From positions 1,614,504-1,678,503 of the forward strand of contig CBDCEM010000002.1 of assembly GCA_965215825.1 (NCBI GenBank): a stretch of 64,000 nucleotides of DNA. Direction: 5' to 3'. This DNA comes from Cyclobacteriaceae bacterium (GTDB taxonomy: Bacteria > Bacteroidota > Bacteroidia > Cytophagales > Cyclobacteriaceae). Every line of letters starts with the position of its first letter. Positions within the stretch are counted from its first letter, which is position 1. Positions 58,488-64,000 of the stretch are shown one piece after another. A program made the position numbers and the translations under genes. The notes under the pieces were generated by a model. It saw only the letters and a program-made list of their open reading frames with translations. It was not told the DNA's origin and did no database searches.

Positions 58488-61400
58488 ATGATGCATCGAC
58501 TTCTCAAAACGACGATTTGCCTACTATTTGTAGGTCTAAGCATAAAAAGTGTAGCTCAAGATAATCAAGACGTCTTAGGCCTTGATGATCCTGATGTGCC
58601 TGAAGTTGTACCTCCATCACCAACTGCAGCTGCTTTGGGTCAGTACGGCGAAATTCCTGTCGATCTCTACCACGGATTACCAAATATTTCTGTGCCACTC
58701 TACGAGATTGTTGTCGATGACGTAAAAGTTCCGATCAGCCTGTCGTTTCATGCATCAGGCCATAAAGTGGGTACTATAGCAAGTTGGGTTGGGCTAGGTT
58801 GGAGTTTAAATGCTGGTGGAGTAGTCACCAGATCTATGAGAGGTCGCCCTGATCAGGATGACAATTATGGATATTTCAACAATATGGCCGAAATACAGGA
58901 CTGGGAAGACAATGACCTGTTGTATCATTTATTACCACCTCACGATGCTACATCGATTTCCATGAAGACCTATATGCAGTTGATGAATGACAACAACTGG
59001 GATTCACAAGCTGACGTGTTTTTATACAATTTTCCAGGAGGTACAGGGAAATTCATGTTTAAACCTGATCGCAGCATCATTCAATTCCCTTATCAGGACA
59101 TGAGAATCGGCCTCGCCGAATCTGGATCTTATGAGAATGGATTTCGAATAAGAACACCAGATGGAATGGTTGCTTCATTCATCCACGCAGAATGGAATCA
59201 GGTCGATTATGAACATAATAACAATGACCCGGACCCTATATACAATACAGCCTGGTATCTGGGTAATTACGCCTCAAGTATTTCTGATAAAAGTGTTCAG
59301 TTCTTTTATGATGAAGGTGTTCTGCTTCCAGGAGACAACATTCCCAGAGACCGGGTTTTTGAGAGGCTTGTAGAATTTAGCTCCGATTATTCTGCAGACA
59401 ATAGCTCTCTTGTCAATTACACTTCAAATTATACACGCCACCTTGATACAATTCAATGGGAGTTAGGGGGAATTAAATTTTATAGTTCTGCCACCAGGGG
59501 TGACAAAGTAGGTGCGAAAAAGTTGGACTCACTGGCGATCTTCAATGCGTTTGGTGAAAGAGAAAAAAGTTTTCATTTCGAATATTTTCCGTTCATCTCA
59601 GGGGCTCGCGAACTGGATCAATACCTGATATTAAGATCTGTTACAGAGGTTGGGAAAAAAGGTGGTACCAATCCTCCTCACGTTTTTGAGTACTACGACC
59701 TTTTGAGATTACCTCCGAGAGATTCGAAAGACGTGGATCATTATGGTTTTTACAATGAAAAGAATAATACAAGACTAACGCCTCCTTTACGTAATTTGGC
59801 TTATGGCGCTCCCATTGCCGGAGGCAACCGGTCCGTAGGCCACAATAAGGCAAGAGTTGGTATGCTGCAAAAGTTACATTATCCAACGGGCGGTTTCTCA
59901 GAATTCTTCTACGAGTCAAATGAATATTATTCACTGTCACCGGGTAATAGTGCAAATACAGAAATCGCAGGTACTGTGGCTCTGGCCGAATCTTGCCTGG
60001 CGGACGGAGAACTTTACTATCAGGAAGATGGTAGTGTTGTTATTGGTTTGACTTGTCAGGAAGATACTGAGTCGATACCGATAACGATAGGAGATGATGC
60101 GTTTGATATCGAATTGATCCTCTCCTATAAAAGTGATCCTACAACTACAATTGAGCATGATGGATCCAATGATTTCTTCCTGGTACAATTATTTCAGATT
60201 GAGGAAGCCACTGAAACACTGATTAACTCCTATACGGGATTGATGAATGATCAAACCATCACGGGGCTGCTCTCCGTGGGTAATACTTATAAAGTAAGAG
60301 CATACACCAACAACCCGGGGACACAGTTGAAAGCAGAGATTAAATACAAATTCATAGATGTGCCCCCTGGAGGGAATGTCAATAATTATATTGGGCCAGG
60401 GATCAGAATTGCCCGTGTAGATCATTACAATGAATCAGGAAGAGCTAAGTCTAAAGTTTATGAGTACAATTTGAAAGAGGATCCAACCAAGTCCAGTGGG
60501 ACTTTATTTGCCCGGCATCCGGAGTATTCTACACAAATTAATAAACTTGAATTGTATAATCCTCCAGGTAATTATGTAGATCCAGGTCCCGTTATTAGCG
60601 TGGTTAAATATAGAACGACCGTCGCTCACCCTAGCGGTGTACTAGGAGCCCTGGAAAGTGATTTACTCGCTTATTCGGAAGTAGTTGAAAGAGAGGTCGG
60701 AAATGGACATACTCGTTATTTCTATTCCAATGATATGGATACCGATTATAGTGGACTTGACCCTTTTAGTGCTGGAAATGATCATTATGCTCCTTCCAAT
60801 CTGTTTGAAAAACAAAGGACAACAGGCTACTGGAAGCGAGGTAAAGTGGAACAAGTTGAAGTGGTTAATGAAACAGGAGAACTTAAAACTCAAACTGAAA
60901 ATTTTTATAGTCATCTTGAGACTGACTCATCAAAGACTTTCCATTATCAAATGGCGCTAGACCGTTCAGGCGCTGATTATTATCCCTACGATAATGGGTA
61001 TCATCATGCCTTTGAAGAACAAGTCACTGGATGGTCAAGACTTGATTCGACATATCAGAAAGTAATTGAAGGTGGTATAGAATCATTGACAAAGACCATC
61101 TACCAATATGAGAATAGCACTCCTGTTCAACTAATTGCCCCCAAAGTAACGCAAGCTATTTTAGATGGTGTTAACGATATTAAAGTCGAAACGGACTACT
61201 TAAATGATAGAATAAATCATGTGATTTTACCTCCCGAAACCACCAGACTCTATAGTGCCACAGGAGAATTGTTGAAAGAACATCGATATCAGTACGTCAG
61301 TCATCGCCCTTCGACTATTGAGACTTATTTTGGCAATAATGACGATCCTGATTACACTATCAATCTTTCGCACTACAATGGCACAAGGCCTTCATACGTA

Positions 61401-61871
61401 CAAGACAATTCAGGTGTGGATATGGTTTATCTATGGGGCTATGCTAATACGCTTCCGGTGGCTCAGATTACCAATATGTCTTATTCTGAGGTAGAGACGC
61501 TCTTAGGTGCCAATTTGACAAATATCCAAAATTCCGACGATGAAAACTTTATAAAATCTCAACTGGCCTCTCTGCGATCGGTATTGTCAAATACACAATC
61601 CATGATTACTTATATCTACGATATAAGTGGATTGATTACTGAAATGATCGACATAAACGGTCAGTCTTCATATTACACCTATGATGAATTTGATCGCCTT
61701 TTATATGTAAAAGATTTTGAGGGGAATTATCTACAATACTACGAATACAACCTGGGACTAAGTGATTTTGAATCTGGATCACAGGAAGGATCTGGATCAT
61801 CAGGTTCTGGAGGTGGTGAGAATGACGAGGATAATCCAAATTTCCCACAAGAGACAGGCGGAGGCAACTAA
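58488..61871 (+). CDS. Secreted SpvB/TcdB-N-terminal-domain protein with C-terminal YD/RHS-type repeats and a Gly/Ser-rich tail
   Basis: Signal peptide. An N-terminal block (…AALGQYGEIPVDLYHGLPNISVPLYEI……GLGWSLNAGG…) resembles the SpvB/Tc-toxin TcB N-domain. The C-terminus (YTYDEFDRLLYVKDFEGNYLQYYEY) is a YD repeat. No RHS core or toxin tip is visible. Confidence 0.6.
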   Translation: MMHRLLKTTICLLFVGLSIKSVAQDNQDVLGLDDPDVPEVVPPSPTAAALGQYGEIPVDLYHGLPNISVPLYEIVVDDVKVPISLSFHASGHKVGTIASWVGLGWSLNAGGVVTRSMRGRPDQDDNYGYFNNMAEIQDWEDNDLLYHLLPPHDATSISMKTYMQLMNDNNWDSQADVFLYNFPGGTGKFMFKPDRSIIQFPYQDMRIGLAESGSYENGFRIRTPDGMVASFIHAEWNQVDYEHNNNDPDPIYNTAWYLGNYASSISDKSVQFFYDEGVLLPGDNIPRDRVFERLVEFSSDYSADNSSLVNYTSNYTRHLDTIQWELGGIKFYSSATRGDKVGAKKLDSLAIFNAFGEREKSFHFEYFPFISGARELDQYLILRSVTEVGKKGGTNPPHVFEYYDLLRLPPRDSKDVDHYGFYNEKNNTRLTPPLRNLAYGAPIAGGNRSVGHNKARVGMLQKLHYPTGGFSEFFYESNEYYSLSPGNSANTEIAGTVALAESCLADGELYYQEDGSVVIGLTCQEDTESIPITIGDDAFDIELILSYKSDPTTTIEHDGSNDFFLVQLFQIEEATETLINSYTGLMNDQTITGLLSVGNTYKVRAYTNNPGTQLKAEIKYKFIDVPPGGNVNNYIGPGIRIARVDHYNESGRAKSKVYEYNLKEDPTKSSGTLFARHPEYSTQINKLELYNPPGNYVDPGPVISVVKYRTTVAHPSGVLGALESDLLAYSEVVEREVGNGHTRYFYSNDMDTDYSGLDPFSAGNDHYAPSNLFEKQRTTGYWKRGKVEQVEVVNETGELKTQTENFYSHLETDSSKTFHYQMALDRSGADYYPYDNGYHHAFEEQVTGWSRLDSTYQKVIEGGIESLTKTIYQYENSTPVQLIAPKVTQAILDGVNDIKVETDYLNDRINHVILPPETTRLYSATGELLKEHRYQYVSHRPSTIETYFGNNDDPDYTINLSHYNGTRPSYVQDNSGVDMVYLWGYANTLPVAQITNMSYSEVETLLGANLTNIQNSDDENFIKSQLASLRSVLSNTQSMITYIYDISGLITEMIDINGQSSYYTYDEFDRLLYVKDFEGNYLQYYEYNLGLSDFESGSQEGSGSSGSGGGENDEDNPNFPQETGGGN

Positions 61872-61896
61872 AAACAACTCAAAGAACACTACAATC

Positions 61897-64000
61897 ATGA
61901 AGAATCTAAAAGGACTTTTTCTGGTCATTCTATTTTCAGTTTCATTGCTCAATGAGGCTTTTGCTCAAATTCCCCCACCTACCGGAGGCGGGGGTGGAGG
62001 TACAGTTTATTACCTTGATTCTGATGGGGATGGTTATGGGGACACTTTCACCGCTGGTGTAACGACTCAAACTACCGGGTATTCTGTCACCAATAATGAC
62101 GATTGCGATGATTCGGACATAGATATCAATCCGGATACTCGCTGGTACCTTGATGACGATGACGATGGTTATGGAACTAATTCTACTTCAGTCGTACAGT
62201 GTTTTCAACCTACTGGATATGTCTTAAACAATACGGATTGTAATGACAGTGATGGAGCCGTACATGTGAATCAGACCTGGTATCGAGATACGGACGGAGA
62301 TGGATACTATGGTACAAGTCAAACCGCTTGCTCAAGTCCGGGTACTCATTGGTCAACAAGTTCGGGGAGTGGCACGGATTGCAATGATAACGATGCTGCC
62401 GTCCATGTTAATCAGACCTGGTATCAGGATGCAGATGGAGATGGATATTATGGTACTAGCCAGACGGCCTGTTCCAGCCCTGGCTCCAATTGGTCAACAA
62501 GTTCGGGGAGCGGCACAGATTGTAATGATGCTGATGCTGCTGTCCATGTTAATCAGACCTGGTATCAGGATGCAGACGGAGATGGATATTATGGTACTAG
62601 CCAGACGGCCTGTTCCAGTCCTGGCTCCAATTGGTCAACAAGTTCAGGGAGCGGCACCGACTGTAACGATGCTGATGCTGCTGTTCATGTTAATCAAACA
62701 TGGTATAAGGATTCTGATGGAGATGGCTACTATGGAGACACTCAAACATCTTGCTCGAGTCCCGGATCCAACTGGTCAACAAGTTCTGGTAGTGGTTCCG
62801 ATTGTGATGACACCAGTACTAGTTTAACGACTACTTGTACTTTTTCTTCGGGAATCGCCGGAGATGACAAGGTGGCAAAATCGCTCACATATACTTATAC
62901 AGCTAACACTTCTGTAACCAATGGTTCGTGGAGTCTAAGTGGAGGTGGAACCATTCAAAGTCAGAGTTCGTCCAGTGTCAGTATAAATTGGACGTCTTCC
63001 AGCGGGACCTATACACTACAATACGGTTTTAACATTGCTGATAATGCACCCGGATCAAACCCAGGGGACCTGAGGTTTTTAAGTATGGGGAGTATGCAAG
63101 TGACGATTTACAACATCAACACACCAACAATTACGGTCACGGAAGGTTGTAATCAAAGCACTATAACTCATAATGGAAGTCAAAGTAGTGTGACCTTCTA
63201 TTGGCGATCGCCTGGATCCAGCGCTTACAACGTGAGCACAGTTACAAGAACTGTTACAGCGGAGGGTACTTATTATATAAGAGGATACCACAGCGCGGGT
63301 GTTTGGGGTCCTATTAGAACAGCCACGGTCACCCACAATGACCCACCTACCTGGTATGAAGATTTTGATGGAGATGGTTATTACGGTGACACGAGGGTAC
63401 AATGTTCCAGTCCCGGGGCAAACTGGTCAACAAGTGCGGGTAGTGGTGTTGATTGCAATGATCAGGACGAGGACCAGTTTACTTCAGCCCATTGTAATCC
63501 CCAGACAATGGCTCCTCTCGGATCGAACAAGTATTTGGAAAGAGGTGCCGCTCATACATTTACATGGTTAGACCCATCGAATGGGTCTACCAATTATAAA
63601 ATATGGATTGGTGGAGAACCGATGAATAATGGTAATTGGGTGACCGGAAATAGTTTTGCCTGGACGCCAAATTCAACCTATTCCAATATCAGAATCCGGG
63701 TAGAATCACAAGACGGCAACACGGTATTCCAAAGTGACGCTTTCGACGTAGTACCGCCTATCGCTGCCTCAAGCGACAAATCAAAATACTATCCTTCTCA
63801 AACTATTAATGCCTCTTGGACGGGTGGTAAGTCAAACGAGACCTATACAATAGAGTTGATAAAAGGATCAACGGTGATCTCGACCAAAACGTCATCGGGA
63901 TCCTCTACCACTTTTGCACTTGGTACCAATCCTTCTTTAGGGACTAATTATAAAGTCCGGGTACGACAAACCACGTCAAACCGTTTGAGTGGCTCGGGTT
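61897..64000 (+). CDS. Secreted protein with at least six MopE-like putative metal-binding repeats (D.DGDGYYG…CSSPG.NWSTSSGSG.DCND.D), partial at the window end
   Basis: Open frame from the ATG at 61897 to the window edge. I read it codon by codon and found no stop. Signal peptide MKNLKGLFLVILFSVSLLNEAFAQ. Nearly identical 40-aa modules between 62280 and 62800. Confidence 0.6.
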   Translation, partial: MKNLKGLFLVILFSVSLLNEAFAQIPPPTGGGGGGTVYYLDSDGDGYGDTFTAGVTTQTTGYSVTNNDDCDDSDIDINPDTRWYLDDDDDGYGTNSTSVVQCFQPTGYVLNNTDCNDSDGAVHVNQTWYRDTDGDGYYGTSQTACSSPGTHWSTSSGSGTDCNDNDAAVHVNQTWYQDADGDGYYGTSQTACSSPGSNWSTSSGSGTDCNDADAAVHVNQTWYQDADGDGYYGTSQTACSSPGSNWSTSSGSGTDCNDADAAVHVNQTWYKDSDGDGYYGDTQTSCSSPGSNWSTSSGSGSDCDDTSTSLTTTCTFSSGIAGDDKVAKSLTYTYTANTSVTNGSWSLSGGGTIQSQSSSSVSINWTSSSGTYTLQYGFNIADNAPGSNPGDLRFLSMGSMQVTIYNINTPTITVTEGCNQSTITHNGSQSSVTFYWRSPGSSAYNVSTVTRTVTAEGTYYIRGYHSAGVWGPIRTATVTHNDPPTWYEDFDGDGYYGDTRVQCSSPGANWSTSAGSGVDCNDQDEDQFTSAHCNPQTMAPLGSNKYLERGAAHTFTWLDPSNGSTNYKIWIGGEPMNNGNWVTGNSFAWTPNSTYSNIRIRVESQDGNTVFQSDAFDVVPPIAASSDKSKYYPSQTINASWTGGKSNETYTIELIKGSTVISTKTSSGSSTTFALGTNPSLGTNYKVRVRQTTSNRLSGSG

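Noticed and set aside
62300-62827. 175-aa plus-strand ORF in another frame within the MopE-repeat gene.
   Set aside because: Its periodic translation just mirrors the DNA repeat. Frame 1, which starts at 61897, carries the signal peptide and the conserved Cys/Asp motif.

Overview
This 64-kb window is chromosomal DNA most likely from a gliding member of the Bacteroidota. Three things support that: a gldA-gldF-gldG ABC-transporter operon, a protein ending in a T9SS-type C-terminal sorting domain, and a TAnnTTTG -7-like promoter box. I call about 50 genes, mostly on the minus strand.

The recognisable content is:
- cysE-cysK, thiL, a VOC/methylmalonyl-CoA-epimerase-like gene, an IscA-like Fe-S carrier, and a PAS/GAF sensor histidine kinase.
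- An M28/transferrin-receptor-like peptidase, a PQQ sugar dehydrogenase fused to c-type haem motifs and a T9SS sorting domain, rtcB, a D-amino-acid/amino-sugar catabolic cluster (GH20, GntP, RidA, D-TA family, M19 dipeptidase), a Cu/Zn-SOD-like lipoprotein, and an M14 peptidase.
- A TetR-regulated RND efflux operon and cydAB.
- A secreted SpvB-N/YD-repeat protein followed by a MopE-repeat protein.

The items most worth a second look are:
1. A co-directional four-gene module: an NfeD/YqiJ-like membrane protein, two SPFH/flotillin paralogues, and a 1660-aa soluble protein with a long coiled coil and a single AAA+ (MoxR/AAA_5-like) core. This is my candidate for the undescribed system.
2. rtcB, an unknown 318-aa protein and a slipin, lying next to an unusual tRNA-Lys(UUU), three tRNA 3'-half-like elements (one folding as a 48-nt acceptor/T-arm minihelix) and strong hairpins.
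3. A non-coding tandem array of about 6.8 copies of a 157-bp unit between two convergent genes.
4. Two adjacent perfect palindromes in a divergent promoter region.

Every family assignment comes from reading motifs by eye. No database search was run.
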